From positions 90,272,001-90,336,000 of the forward strand of contig OZ024746.1 of the NCBI GenBank assembly GCA_964016885.1: DNA of 64,000 nucleotides, written 5' to 3'. The position numbers were made by a program, and so were the translations under genes. Positions 40,379 through 54,518 of this stretch are shown one piece after another. Each line of letters begins with the position of its first letter. Within the stretch, counting starts at the first letter, position 1. The stretch comes from Eledone cirrhosa. Taxonomy: Eukaryota. The notes beneath the pieces were generated by a model, which saw only the letters and a list, made by a program, of their open reading frames with translations, made no database searches and had not been told where the DNA came from.

Positions 40379-42229
40379 GTACGTTAGCCCAACTGCCCAA
40401 ATGTGCAAACATATATTTCAGTGAAATACCTTTGCGTTGCTTCCATTTTATGAAGGCTTTTCTTTAGAGAAAAGTTAGATTGATGACTATCTGTGGGCTA
40501 AATTAACGATTTGTTGTTGAAACTTTACTAACGTGTGCTGTAACACCGCAATGTGTAATGTCATTAGCCTTTTTTCTACGTTATAAAATAACGAAAATAT
40601 CAAAGTGTACGAATAGAAATATTCCCTTCATAAAAGACAAAATCTATACAAATTATTTTCAACAACATGCAGAGAAATACTCGAAATAATTCTGTATCTC
40701 TTTCGCTTTTATTTCATTATTGGTACCATGAATGAATCATGGGTTATAGAACAAAATACAAATGTCTTTCGCATGTAGATGATGATTAATCATGGAATAA
40801 AATTTAGTTTCCCTTTGAGGAGAAACTGAAAAAAAAAACAGAAATGACTCGATAAATGACCTAAACTTCAACTGATAGCACGTTTAGCGAAGAAAATAAT
40901 TTATTATTCATTGAAAGAAGTGTGTTTCTTGTCAAAGAAATGTAACTGTCAATGTACTGCATATGAGAATGGCAATAGGTTTTCTAGAATTACATTCTGC
41001 TTCATACTATTGGAATAGCGAAGGTTTCTGTACAAATTTAGCTCTAAGAACATAATTTAATTTATAAATAAATAAATAAGAATAAACATAAAACACCCAC
41101 TATCCTTATCATAGAACCACACACTCACACTCTATCTGTCTCTCTCTTAGTCTATCTGAATAATTTTTTTTACTTTTGTTTATTTTCCACTTCCTCGGTT
41201 TCACACGTATCACGTAAGCGGTTCAAATATCTGTAGAGTTCTTTTGAGATATAAAGATATATCTATATTTTACAATGTGCTACATCTCATCAACATTTAT
41301 TAACACTCGATAACTTACAAATGGACTTTAGACTGAATAACGCAAGTATTGTGTTTTTGAGAAGACCGTGTATATTGATTTCTGTTTAGGCTCTTCTGTT
41401 AAAAGCCAATTTACGCAAGAATAGATAAGGAAGATTATAAAAAAAAAAATCATGGTATTAATGCATTTTGTTTACAGAACCCTAATTAATGTGATTTAAC
41501 AAGGCAAAACTAATTATTGAACAGCCTGCGACGCAGACTAATAAAAGGCAGATTATTTCCATCGTTATAAACATATAACATGCTAATTGATGCTTATATA
41601 TTACTGTACAACATGGCAGGCTATTAGAACCTCATAAACTGATGTATTATATTTTACTCAGAAATGAAAACCGCATTCATACATCCATATGTGAAAAAGA
41701 TCAATGTTGTTTTTTGAAGAAACAAACATCTCATGACGTAACCATCCTGTAAATGACAACTTATTGTTCTTTATGACCTCTCTGAAATTACTAAATTATT
41801 CTTAGAGAGCATTTTCTTCCCCGTACTTACCTAAATATGGTTGGTGAGATATTTGCTTATGCATTTATTGTACAACATTCCAGCAGTACATATGATTTGA
41901 AGTTTGCATTTAAAATAATTTGAGTGCTATGCATTACTTGTTCATTAGTACACGGTTTACATAACTGTTTCCTACATACATCATTGTATGGCACACACAT
42001 AACCACATATGAACAATCTCCACGTAGGCTTCGTCCGTTACTGTTTCGTACAGAAATTATTGTTCAATCTGAGCCTATGAAAAACATATGCCTAATGCCC
42101 AACGTAAGGTGCCGTGCTTTCTTGCATGTTTGCAAAGGAAAATTCAAAATCTTATCGTCATATTTATATAAATCCTCCGTTAAAAATAAATGAAGGTGGG
42201 TAAGTAGATGGTTAGTGCTATCACAACAG

Positions 42230-42276
<47 letters not shown>

Positions 42277-42424
42277 TCTCTAGTCCCGATCACCATAATT
42301 AACCACACAAAAAAGTCAAATAGACCAGGCTATAAGAATAAAAGGCACCTATGAAGAAACAGTAAATAAATAAATTATTTTTATCTGTATTTTCTTGAAA
42401 TTAAAGCTATAAATCAATATATAT

Positions 42425-43036
42425 ATAAATAAGGAAAGAAGAGTGACACGGTTTGCTGTACAAAAAAGCTTCTCATTTCTGACTATTGCCTCACTGAACT
42501 GGTAGGTCTAGAGATCGTTACCCGCTTGTTTTCACGTTATTCGATCACCAATACAAAGTTATAACCAGTCAATTCATCAGAGCTTGTGAGAATGTAAAGA
42601 AAATACAGGCACGGCTATTATATATAGTAGCGATGGCATTCAATCAGAACAATAACAACAATACTAAAAATGCTAGCAATAAATTATTTGAAATAATCAC
42701 AACGTCAATCTAGGTGGGAAGTATAGTATATCTACGATTTTAGCGTGTAAATCTAGCTGACATGAGGCAGATGTATAAAATTGATTGTATTGTTGTTATT
42801 GTTGTGATTGAATGCCATTACTACTATATATATATAGTAGCTATGATTGTATATTCTTTTCATTCTCACAAGCTCCGATGAATTCACTGGTTATAACTTT
42901 GTATTGGTGATCAAATAACGTGAAAACAAGCGGGTAGCGATCTCTAGACCTACCAGTTCAGAGAAACAATTGTCAGCAATGAGATTAAAAACCTTTTTTG
43001 TATAGCAAACCGTGTCACTCTTCTTTCCTGATTTAT
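42425..43036. mobile_element. ~240-bp inverted repeats (inverted pseudo-LTR pair) with a hammerhead motif
   Basis: 42425-42664 is the approximate reverse complement of 42788-43036 with a ~120-bp spacer. The arms contain CUGAUGA...GAAACAAUUGUC in consensus. Confidence 0.8.
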
Positions 43037-43203
43037 CATTACTCCAAGTGTTTACAACATAGGAATTATAGCATACTCATAACTTCACTATGGAAACGCC
43101 TTGTTGAGTCAAACTTAGCCAAGCTTTGATACCATCCACTACTCGGAGTACCATAATTGGACTACACTTAAGTGGACTACCTATAACAATAATTTGTTAC
43201 CCC

Positions 43204-43249
<46 letters not shown>

Positions 43250-43896
43250 ATAATAGCTTTAATTTCAAGAAAATACAGATACCAATCACACTCCTTAGAT
43301 AGATAGATAATTTTGTAGTAAATGATCATCGTAATTAATGTATATTCACTTAGCAACATTACAGGATTTATAGAGGAATGTTAGTGTACCTCATTCAAAT
43401 GAATGTAGGCTAAAATAGAACGATTGCCGAGAGTCAAGTGGAAGAATATCACGTTTATATACATAAATTGCTGAAATTATTTATGGTCTCACATGAAATA
43501 TTGTTATCATTTGAAACATACGTACTGTGCTAATTGCCCCAGCATAGCCTCAGCTGGATGGCTGGAACCGTTAAAAGGGAAAATAAAAAGACTATGTATA
43601 TATATATATATATATATGTGCGTGTTTGTGTGTGTGGGTGTGGGTGTGTGTGTGTGTCTGGTTCAATTAGGGGTAACCCCAGTAATTAAAGATAGTCAAT
43701 ATATAGAGTATACATATTTAATACATATATGGTTTCTAGAGGAGTAGAACTGTTTCATGCGAATGAAACAGTTCAAGTCCTGTAGAAGCCATATATATAT
43801 ATATATATATATATGACGGAACGATCGACTTTCTTCAAATCGGACCGAGGGAACAATGTTTCCGTTGGTCTTTCCAATTGCTAATCCTATCTATCG

Positions 43897-44032
43897 GTCG
43901 CAACTCCAGGTAGAAGGAGCAACGTGAAATAAAGTGACTTGCTCAAGGACATAACGCATCACCTGGTCCAGGAATCGAACTCACAACCGTACGATTGCGA
44001 ATCCAATTCCCTAACCACTCAGCCACACGCCT
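43897..44032 (-). mobile_element. CORE-type tRNA-derived SINE (family B), 5' part
   Basis: Plus-strand 'aaagtgacttgctcaaggacataac' (CORE-like) and a minus-strand tRNA head aggcgtgtggctgagtggttaggg...gagttcgattcc. Confidence 0.8.
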
Positions 44033-44039
44033 TGACAAG

Positions 44040-44088
<49 letters not shown>

Positions 44089-44225
44089 GTGTGTGTGTAC
44101 GGCCATGTTTGCCTCTACGTATGTGAGTAGATTTCAGGAATGATATTGTATCTCAATCGAATTTGTTATATAACTTGTATGTTAAATAGTTTTCTCTGAC
44201 ATTCTAACCAACACATTTACATACC

Positions 44226-44274
<49 letters not shown>

Positions 44275-44360
44275 AGACATAAATATATATATATAGTATG
44301 TGTGCCTGTGTATACATATATAAACATGTATATGTGTATATGTGTATAATAGATAAATAA

Positions 44361-44406
<46 letters not shown>

Positions 44407-44885
44407 TAAGTATCGTCCATGTGATCAATATATCATTTTAATTGGTAAACATTTATGATTTATCAATATTTAGTGCAAAATGTATAAATTTGGATTGAAA
44501 TTTACTCTGCGTGGACACGTAGCTAATGACATCTATTCAAAATATACTCTTGAATATTGGTAAAATGAGTTCAAGATGTATTTGTTATATTTTGCACTCG
44601 GATGACACTATATTCGGTACAAATTTAATTACTGCTCCACTATTCTTTCTGTTTGTAGCATCATTGGAAAAAAGTTTACTACGTATCACCTTTCATTCTC
44701 TATTATAATACATTTCATAAATTTGGTTTCCTCTCACTGTCATATCCACCTCTATCTATCTCGCCCATACTTTCTATACATATATATATATGTATATATA
44801 TATTATGTATATTTGTATGTGTGTTTTTCTGTATATGTATATACATATATATACAGGTGTTTCTCTCTCTCTCTGTATATGTATA

Positions 44886-44949
<64 letters not shown>

Positions 44950-45344
44950 TTCAAGATCAACAGGACGAAAACATTGTTACAATAATATAAAATCTAATTA
45001 GTTTCATGTTTGTCGTGAAAGATAAAAGAATGTTTCAATGTATCTGATGTTATCCTTCGTCAAAGAAAGCGAAGAGTTGACGTTTGGAGCAACCAAATAT
45101 ATTTTATCAGGATGTGTGAGGAGGGCTTGTTAGTAGTAATATTGTGTGGGTTGGAGAGTGCAGCTCTATTACTGCTATGGTGAATATATTTGAAGATTTA
45201 GTCCAGTAGCATTTTTTTCTTACGCTGACGCGTTTGTGTATATGAGTGTGCGTGTGTGTATGTGTATATAAATAAATTTATATGTATGGGTATATAAATA
45301 TAATCGCGCAAAAACACACAAACATATACTCACTCACAGACATA

Positions 45345-45510
45345 CATTCACTCAAACGCACACACATATATTTACACAAACACACACATACATTCACACA
45401 AACACACATACATTTACACAAACAGACACATACATTCATACAAACACACATACATTTACACAAACACGCACATACACATTTATACGATAAAAAACATACA
45501 TATACACTCA
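45345..45510. repeat. CA-rich minisatellite (~20/22-bp alternating units)
   Basis: cacacatacatttacacaaa / cacacacatacattcacacaaa repeated. Confidence 0.7.
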
Positions 45511-45749
45511 TACAGCGTAGTGTGTCTCCAACGCTTCCTTCCTTTTACACACACCTACATTCACGCAGGCAGCACATATATGATGTATATATGTTACTAA
45601 GAAAAATTCTCAACAATTGTAAAGATTGTAGAACTTTAGTTATTGGTCACTATGAGATTGTATTTAATTTGTCTTTGTGTTGGAGTGGTGTTTCTGATTG
45701 TGTTGATTTTATGTATATGTTTGTGTGCGTGTGTGTTTGCTACAATCCA

Positions 45750-46075
45750 GAATCACATCATGAGATTTATTACTGGCAAGCGGCTCAGTCACTGTATTGT
45801 ATCAGTGAGCTGCTCAACATTACCAAACTTAGACCAGTTACATCAATTGTCAAGTCAAGAGTACTCAAACTATCGGAAAAGATTAACTCGTGGTGCGAGT
45901 ACGTTATGCCTGGAAGGAAGGTTGGCTGGTAGAGAAGCAAAGGCCGGCATCCAAAACGATGGCTTGATAACGTGAACTCATGGACTGGTCTTGATCTTTG
46001 ATCTTTGATATCTGCTGCTGGTGATCGAACTTTGTGGAGAGAGATATTACACGTTAATGCTCAGTGTGCAGAGGG
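45750..46075 (+). pseudogene. RTE-clade LINE 3' fragment (degenerate)
   Basis: ELLNITKLRPVTSIVKSRVLKL...VMPGRKVGW*RSKGRHPKRWLDNVNSWTGL...AAGDRTLWREI. Confidence 0.7.
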
Positions 46076-46229
46076 TGTTTTCTTGTGTTGTTCGTTTAAA
46101 TGTGTTAGTGTGTATAATCAAATCATATGGGTGATTCGCTGTGTGTCTCCTAGAAAATTATTCGTAGCCTCAGAATGACAGCAGTTTAATTGCTGACAAC
46201 ATCTTCAGAATCTTCAAAAAAATTGGTAC

Positions 46230-46640
46230 AATGATTTTACTTCAATTGATTAGTTTAAACAAATAATAGTTGTGTCTAATAAAATATTAAGGTGTACCAA
46301 ATAATTATTCAAGTTAGTCTAAATTGTATTACAGTTAAACTCATTTATTATCTTGTTTGTTTCACTAATTATCAATCCATACTTCAATTGATTAATCATG
46401 TTAGTTTATTTGGTAACGCATGTTAGCTTAACTAATTAATGTCGTTAGTTTTAATGATTAATTGTTTGGAATAATTTAATTGGTCCTAAAAGTATAATAA
46501 ATCGGTCGTGTTAGTACAATCAATTGGACATGTTAATTTGATCGTGTTAGTTAAATAACTTTATCATGTATGTGTTTAATAAATTAATCATCTTAATTTA
46601 ATTAATTATTCATGTTAGTTAAACTATATAATCATGTGGC
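46230..46640. repeat. degenerate AT-rich minisatellite (core ttaatcatgttagtt)
   Basis: The motif (c/t)atgttagtt / ttaatca recurs at roughly 20-bp spacing. Confidence 0.6.
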
Positions 46641-48115
46641 AATAATGGTATAATTAATAAATGGGTAATACAATCATAAGTTATCTTGTTATCGGATATA
46701 CCACAAGCTGTGATATAATAACGGTAATATTGTGTATGCTGGGGTAAAGTATTAGGATGATGTATGTGTGTGACTGTTAGGATGTGTATGAGTGCTCATG
46801 TATAGTCTTGCCTATATATGTGTATGTGGTCCACCAGTTTATGTGCTCGTCTGTGACAGTGTTAGAGTTTACGTATGTAATTTTCTGTAAACCTGTGTTG
46901 CCGTATGTGTATATGCTTGTGTTTGTGCATGGTATATGAGTGAGTCTGATTGTGTCGTGGTTTGGGTGTGTATCAGTGTGTGTTATCATTTTCTATATGT
47001 TTGTATATGTGTGGATGTGTTTGTAAGTATGCGCATGTTTGGAAGTGTGTTAATGAATCTATGTTTCAATGTGTCTATTCGAGTGTGAAGGTGTGTGCGT
47101 TGCTGAAAGTTGTCATGTGGTTTTAATAGCGAATATATGGTGCTGTTTGGTCTGGAGGTGTACGTTTGGAGGTCAGCTGAAGGTAACGGGAATGTATGGT
47201 GACCTAACACTGCTTGCGAAGCAAATATATCTTCCAATCGATGGCTGGTTTGACCAATGTTGACTGCTTAATATCTACTCGTAGAAGAAACACTTGGCGG
47301 TGCAGCGGAAGGAGACCCCAGTGAGAGTGGTGGTGTTGGTGATGCAACGACGTGTGATAGTGCGGTCCACCGCATACCTGTGTTGAGGGGTAGGATTTGG
47401 GCAGAGGATTGAAACTGTAGAACAGTAATGTTGGCGGTACGTGCTCGCATGCGAGAGGTTGTACCGATAGAGTTGTTGATATAACGACCATATAGTTTGT
47501 GGCGCGACAGTTGTATTAGGAAACGACTTGGACCTCAAATTAGCCAACAAATAATTTGGCATAGGTGGAAGCGCCGGTTACCTGTTGCTAAAACACCACC
47601 GAAGGAAAAGCATGGTAAGGTGAGACCCTGACGATTTCCATGTTTATTTTTATAAGGATATAATTATATAATTATCTGTATTTCTATATATCTATAAAAA
47701 AAATACCATGATTTACTCTCTTATTCGGTTTATTGTTCTACGAGAGACAAAGTCCAAAATGACTTTTTATTGATGCAGGCATTACATTTACATCTCAATG
47801 AGAAAATTCCAAAGAAGCATATATTTTACAACACACGAAAACACTATTTTGCTTTAAAAAAATATCTTTTCTCTTTCATGAGAGAAATACAGATTTATAG
47901 AATGTTGTATCGTTATTCGACTTTTTCTAACAGATATCTCAAGGCAAAATCAATATTATTTTAGAATATGGCAAATCATTTTCCCAGCGATTTATTGCAT
48001 GTTCTGTGTATAATATCTAGTTTTACTTTATTCTTTCTTGAACCAACACATTTAACTCTCTTCATTCTATTTGATTGTCGTAAACTTACCTTAAATATGC
48101 AATACGTGAAATAGG

Positions 48116-48191
<76 letters not shown>

Positions 48192-48194
<3 letters not shown>

Positions 48195-48333
48195 CTAAGA
48201 AGGTGTGGTAAGATACCAGGTGGATCATAACGCACCAGAGTACTCGACACATAGGGTAGTAGAGTAGGTGAACACAGTTCGGATCTAGCTGTCGAAGCGG
48301 CCGGAGCTCTGCCGTCGGAGTCCTGACTCTTGT

Positions 48334-48337
<4 letters not shown>
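48192..48337. mobile_element. short fold-back element in (TA)n (family C)
   Basis: Antisense 3' part (48192-48269) joined to a sense 5' part starting agttcggatctagctgtcg at 48277. Confidence 0.8.
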
Positions 48338-48414
<77 letters not shown>

Positions 48415-48797
48415 CGATTGAAAGGAACGGGGCTGTGTGGTTACTGATAACGATTGTTAGAAATTAAAGGGACACAAATGTATATATATATAAATATATA
48501 TATATTTATATATATACATATTGCTATCTCTATACTTATATATGTATATTTTACTCTTCAATATGTTGCGATCCTTTAACAGTGATTATTCGGAGAGCCG
48601 AATAAACGTGGTATATTCGCTTACATTGGTTCAATAATTCTTCCAACAGAAATGGGCTTTAAAATCTAAAACAAACCTATTCGGGAAGAGATGACATGTC
48701 TATTCAGGAAATGTATCCTGCAACACTGGGCGGGTGGGGGTTTCTCTTCCTTATCCTATACATACATTCCTTTTTATTTGTGCAGGATTGCTATAAT

Positions 48798-48970
48798 AAT
48801 TGTTTTGTCACAACGCCAGCAATAATACCAGTGCATTACTGGCAACTGATTTTATCGCCCATATATTAATGAAAGGCAAAGTTAACCTCGGCGGGATTGA
48901 ACTCATACCGAAAAAGGACGTAAATATATGCTGCAAAGCATGGCGCCCGACTCTCTACTGATAATGCTAA
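48798..48970 (-). mobile_element. SINE family A, diverged
   Basis: 'atgaaaggcaaagttaacctcggcgggattgaactca...gcaaagcatggcgcccgactctctac'. Confidence 0.8.
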
Positions 48971-49939
48971 TAATGCTTGGATCAAATATCTAACGTTCTT
49001 ACCATTTCCCCAACATGCTGAACAAAAATTTAAATGGAAATATCTCTTAACAGCAGTATTATTAATATCAATTCTAACTATTATTTAATTAATATAATAA
49101 TTGATTTAGTTTTCAATTCGAAAGTTGTTACATAATACGGCGCTTGATGTTTTCAATATTAAGTTTCAAGTCCTTTAGGCATATTTAATTTATATTTTAT
49201 GTGTACGTGTATTAAGTATATCTCGAACATAGAATGACCGGGAATCACATTGTGTTAAATTGCACTAGGCAGCAGCGATACATAAAGGGGTTCTTGACAT
49301 ATGAAAGCATATTTTATATGTTTTATGATAGTTTTTGAAACATCATGTATTTTCAATAGAGAAAAATATTTACATACATGTCCATTAAAATTACAGTAAA
49401 TTATAATTAAATATAAATGATGTCTTCTCGGAAAATTAACCTGATATGAAAGGGTAGTATAAAGAGGTGAAATTAATTCTCGTGGTTGCGAGTTTCAGAA
49501 ATGGTACTTCATAACAAAATGGTAGTCTACCATTTATTAATATAGCGAAGAAAAATGATAACACGGTACTATTGTTTTAAATCACATACTTTGTTCGATG
49601 AACGAAAAGCTATTTTCCAGAAGCAAATTATGTTCTAGTATGTAAAATTACAGGAAATGAATTGGTATACTTGCGTGACAAAAATAATCAGCATTTATCT
49701 GGGGTGACAATTGTTATGTCAAATATTTGAAATTCTGAGGATGTGTGCATGATTCATGTAACAAAAAATCATTCATTATATACAGAATGTTAGCTTTGAA
49801 AAATATTATGTACAATTAATCATATCCAAATAGACAATATACTTTTCAATGTGCAAAAAGTAACCTCAATAACTGTATGTTCCACACACTTTTCTATACT
49901 CAATGAAAACTAATTCATTTGTCATAAAAAAAATACACC

Positions 49940-49983
49940 TTATAATACCCTAGGCGTCAATCGTTATAATACCCTAGGCGTCA
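49940..49983 (+). repeat. local tandem duplication (ttataataccctaggcgtca x2)
   Basis: Two exact 20-bp copies with a 24-bp period. Confidence 0.9.
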
Positions 49984-51665
49984 GTCTACAAGCTGATTAA
50001 AGCAGGTTTTGAACGTGTATTAATAAAGTTCGACAGATAGTTTCAAGTAACCCTGTCCGTTGTTGTTTCCATTGATGATCCATTGTATCTGCTGGTAGAA
50101 CTGTCACTGCGTTTAAAGATTGATAACAAACACTAAACACTCTTGCACATCCGAAATGATATATGTGACAATAACATCACACTGCACACTCAAATGGCAC
50201 AAACCTACTTGCATTTTGTTTTACTACATGGCGGAATATTAGTTTTAGAATACATTTACAGGCTACTATATTTCTTATCATTATTGAGCTCATTTCTTTA
50301 ATTGATAACTGATTTGTGGGTTACGCCCTTCGAAATTCGAAAGTGTATTCTTAGCGCACTAGTAAAAGTATTAGCACAAAATGCATCAATTTTTTAAATC
50401 AACAGTCCGACAAATGCACTATATATCTGTATAAAAGAAACCCACCTCTTCTTTCATGAAATATATAAGTACAAGAACAAATATAAAACAGTGACTGTCA
50501 AAGTCGAGTCTAGGAATATCACAATGAAAGAATAACTATTAATAGCCAAACTGAAACCCAAACTCTTCAAACGATTAGATCTTCACACCCAGTAGCTATC
50601 CAAGACATACAACCTACCACATTCTATCTCACTTGAAATATGGATACAAACATTCACCACTTCCAACGTTGAAAGAATTGCCAGTATTGATAAAGAAAGG
50701 TTATCCTTTAATATATGGACCTATAAATTATGCATCCCGATATTTATTTTTCAAATTTGAAACAATATTTTCCCAAACTGATTTTTTTTTCAGATTTGCT
50801 CACTAAATGTGTCTCAATCAATATATCTTTCTGAAATACTCTCAATCGTGATATAATTGTACTCAAGAAAGCAGAATACCACTGGCTGAGATCACCACAA
50901 CCGTGAAACTATTTAGCAAATACTCTAACTCCTACAATATAGATAGGTGAGGGCTGAAACTGTAGATTTTAAGCTAGTATTTGTTAAAGCGTAAATACGT
51001 GCGAACGTAACTGTATCCGATGTTTAACGTGGGAGGATGTTTTTTTTTTCCATTTTCAATATTTGTGATTTTACTTAAAACAATTTCAAAGACTTTGTAC
51101 ACATTATAAGTTTATTCGACGTATCTCCTCGCACTTCACCAGACGATACCATATGAAATAACAAACACAATTTTACAAACGAAATTAAAGAAAAATAACA
51201 AATATTTTTCAAAGACAAAACGTTTTCACCCTGAAGTCACTGGCAGGAAAACTCAAACGTTCTAAGTATTTTTTTTATTTTGGTTAATAAAGGAAAACAT
51301 AAATGAAAATAATAAATAAAAAAATAATAAAAAAACATGAAAAACATATTTCGTCTCTGGGACCCTGTTACACACGCATGTACACTAACACTACCACCAT
51401 AGCCTAAACAACAGCTACAACACTAATGCTAACAACACCAACAAAACAACAACAGAAATTAAATTATAATACGGATATCTAAAAAAGACACATGATAAAA
51501 CCAACAATTGGTGGGGAAGTGCAAGTCCTGTATCGACTCCTGTATTTGACAGGTAGTTTATTTTAACGACCACGGAAGGAGGAATGGTAACATTTATCTT
51601 GTCGGCATTTGACCTCAGAATATTATCCCAGAAACAAAAGCCGCAAATCGTTTCATCCAATGTTC

Positions 51666-52187
51666 TTACTTACTTGTACTTGTGTCGACATTCATCCTGG
51701 ACGGGTTGAGCCGGCTTCTTCCCTTGTCCTGACGGCATCCCGAACCATGGCAGCCCACGCACGACGGTCCCGGGCTAGGTCACTGGAGAGAGCGAGCCAG
51801 TCACGGTTCCATCGGCGGAGGCCTACCACCTGCGGACCTGAGAGTTCGGAGAGGTCCTCCTTGATCGTCGTTGCCCAGGTCTTCAGCTGCCCGCCAACGC
51901 GCTTGCGCCAGTTACGGAGTGGAGGTGGGAGGAGAACATCACGGATAAGTTCATCCGCGTGACCAAACCATCTCAAGCGCCGTTGCAGCAGCACTGAAGG
52001 AAGGGGTCGAATATTCAGGCGAAGACGAAGACTGGTGGTAGGTACCCGATCAACGTGTCGGCATCGAATAATGCGGCTGAGACAGTCATTGACGAAGACG
52101 TCCCGCCCTTGTTGATCGACTACCCTCATAGGCCATGTTTCACAGCCATAGAGGAGGATAGTTCGAACGACGGCCTGGTAGATTCGC
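51666..52187 (-). pseudogene. 5'-truncated GC-rich RTE-clade LINE with TSD
   Basis: GRIYQAVVRTILLYGCETW...QRRLRWFGH...GGQLKTWATTIKEDL...DRRAWAAMVRD...STRPG*, short-repeat tail (caagtacaagtaagtaa), 9-bp TSD ccaatgttc at 51657-51665 and 52188-52196. Confidence 0.9.
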
Positions 52188-54334
52188 CCAATGTTCAGGA
52201 GAGTTTGACTAATAATAAATGCTTGAAATCTGTATTTATGAGATGAATATATCCGTTGTAAACAACCGCTTCTCCATATTAAACTAGAATATAAATCAGA
52301 TGTGAAATGTAGACAGGAAAAAAGATGAATCAACTTACATCGTTTACTGAAATATACATATGGACAATATACCCACACCAAACCCCAAAACAATGCGCTC
52401 TCACACAATAAGAAATATATAACAAATTAAAAGAGATGTTTTGGAAATATCACCTAGAAGCAAATAAAAATATGTCTAAATGAATTAAGGATTAGACATA
52501 ATTTTCGCATTAGACACGAAAAATAGTGTACCAAATAGATTTAAACTAATAACGCACAAACTTACGGACAAAAGACTTTGCACACCTCAGAATTCATACG
52601 GTGATGCAGTGGAAGCATGATGCAAAGTGAAAATAAACCAATGTGAGGATCACATAGAGTGAAGTGCATCTAAAATGCAATTACAATTACCCACTAATAC
52701 TTGAGCCAGTTGATCGCAGGAAAGTCTAAAAAAAAAGTATTAAAAAAAGTCCAGTTTTCACGCTGCTGTTGGTACATAGACTGTTTAGTTTGGAACAAAC
52801 CTATTTACATCACTGCGGCTCACGTGCAGGAAAAGGATCACATTTATATGTCTAGGAAAACAGTTCTTACATGTAGTCACGATATTTCCGAAAGACTAGT
52901 GAAAGACACGGATCGAGTAGAAAGAAAGATACAGGCTTTGTATTCATCCAGGTGCAGAGCTAGTGAATGGTCGATGGAGATCTTGGTGCCACTTTATGTT
53001 ACCTATCTAGATGCTGTTGCTACAGTTTCTGTATGTTTTGCTGTTGTAATGATTTTAGTGATTGTCTCTTTCCTTCATTTGCTTTCGCTCATACACGTTA
53101 TTTTTTTCTTCTTCATGCAGATCACTTGACTGCTACCTCTGCTGTTTTTCTTGCAGTTGTGGTAGTTGTTGTTCTTATTCTTGGTTAGTTGGCTGACTTG
53201 TTAGAATCGTCCCGATTATTTTAGGGTGGAGGGTGCATTATTCTCTTACATTTTGTCACTGGCACTAATACCATTAATTTTGCTGTATCATGAATATGTT
53301 GATTCTTCCTTAGTAGAGTATTATCTAGACAGTTTTATGCCCATGTGTGCCTGGCTCTCACATGGTGGTTTGTGTTTTTTTTATTTTGGTAAGTTCCATT
53401 ATAGTTTCTTCTGTTGTGAATATGGTGGGAGTGTTGGGAAACGATCCATAATAAATTTAACCGGTTCTCTAATATATAATTAATTTGGCAAATTGTAGCT
53501 TCAGCAATATTCAAATTTGAATATGTATCTATTGACATCTAGAATGAAGTGTTTCTATCTTTACCGAATATATCTACGAATGCTAGGTGCACAAAATCAA
53601 TTATAAATGCCCAGCTTAAAATGACAAATGAAGGATTGCAAAGAAAGTACCAGTAAATAGATATAATGTTTATATGATGTAGCTTTTGCATAGCATTTCT
53701 GTGGTGTATAATCCATATCAATGAAATGTTGTCAACAATAACATTCAGGATTATTACAAATAACATTAAACTCTTTAATACTTGTGCACATATTCCGATA
53801 AATGAACGTTTCTTGAGGAAACGCATTTCTATTCCAACTTTGAAGCAACACTGTTATCAGCCTATAGCTTTATTCATTTCTAACACAACACTGTATTATA
53901 CAAAATCTTAACATTACAAAAGGAAACACGAAACCTATCCTGTGGTAGTTCCATGTCAATAATAGGACTTGGCATTTATTAGGCTTACAATTCTGCTCGT
54001 TCACTGGTATGTGATTAATAAAGGCATGTGCATTCTCCAAAGCTTCTAAACGATATGTAATGTGAACTAATTGAGGTGTAGTGTCTCATGATTCTTTCAT
54101 TTTTAAATATCTGACCCGTAATTGGAACCGTTACGTGATACGTAACGGATCAATGCAAAATATTGTGAGTAAGGACATAAATTAACTCCAAATGGATAAC
54201 TAGTATAGAAATGAATATACCATTTGTACATTGAATGTATTGAGTAGTATTTCTGCTTCGGGAATAATATATACCAATGCACATTTCAATCAGGTTTGCC
54301 AACAATGTCATTCGCTATTATTAAAAGCTATGGT

Positions 54335-54518
54335 GTTGGATTGGCAGTATCAATAGCGAGTCAGATGCCATGCTTTCCAGCATAGTTACACCCGTTTATG
54401 ATTTGAGTTCAAATCCCGCCGAGGTTAACTTTGCCTTTCATCCTTACGGGGTCGATAACATATAGTACATGTAATGTACTGGGTAATTGCTGGCCATGTG
54501 CCAAAAGTATAAACAATT
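54335..54518 (+). mobile_element. SINE family A, full length
   Basis: A and B boxes, body and tail present; TSD attattaaa(a)gctat at 54317-54331 and 54516-54529. Confidence 0.9.

Noticed and set aside
41660-41900. Possible ~80-nt minus-strand intron (gtaagt...tttacag) with flanking exons
   Set aside because: The flanking frames close quickly and resemble no protein I recognise; such signals arise by chance.
46980-47570. Possible I/Jockey-group LINE 3' remnant on the minus strand
   Set aside because: Only a faint resemblance (LYQQ...YxS), with no clear motif; not supportable without a profile search.
53230-53830. Possible ancient L1/Tx1-like RT remnant (SLMLFVIILNVIV)
   Set aside because: No intact QG or YADD motifs; too degenerate to call.
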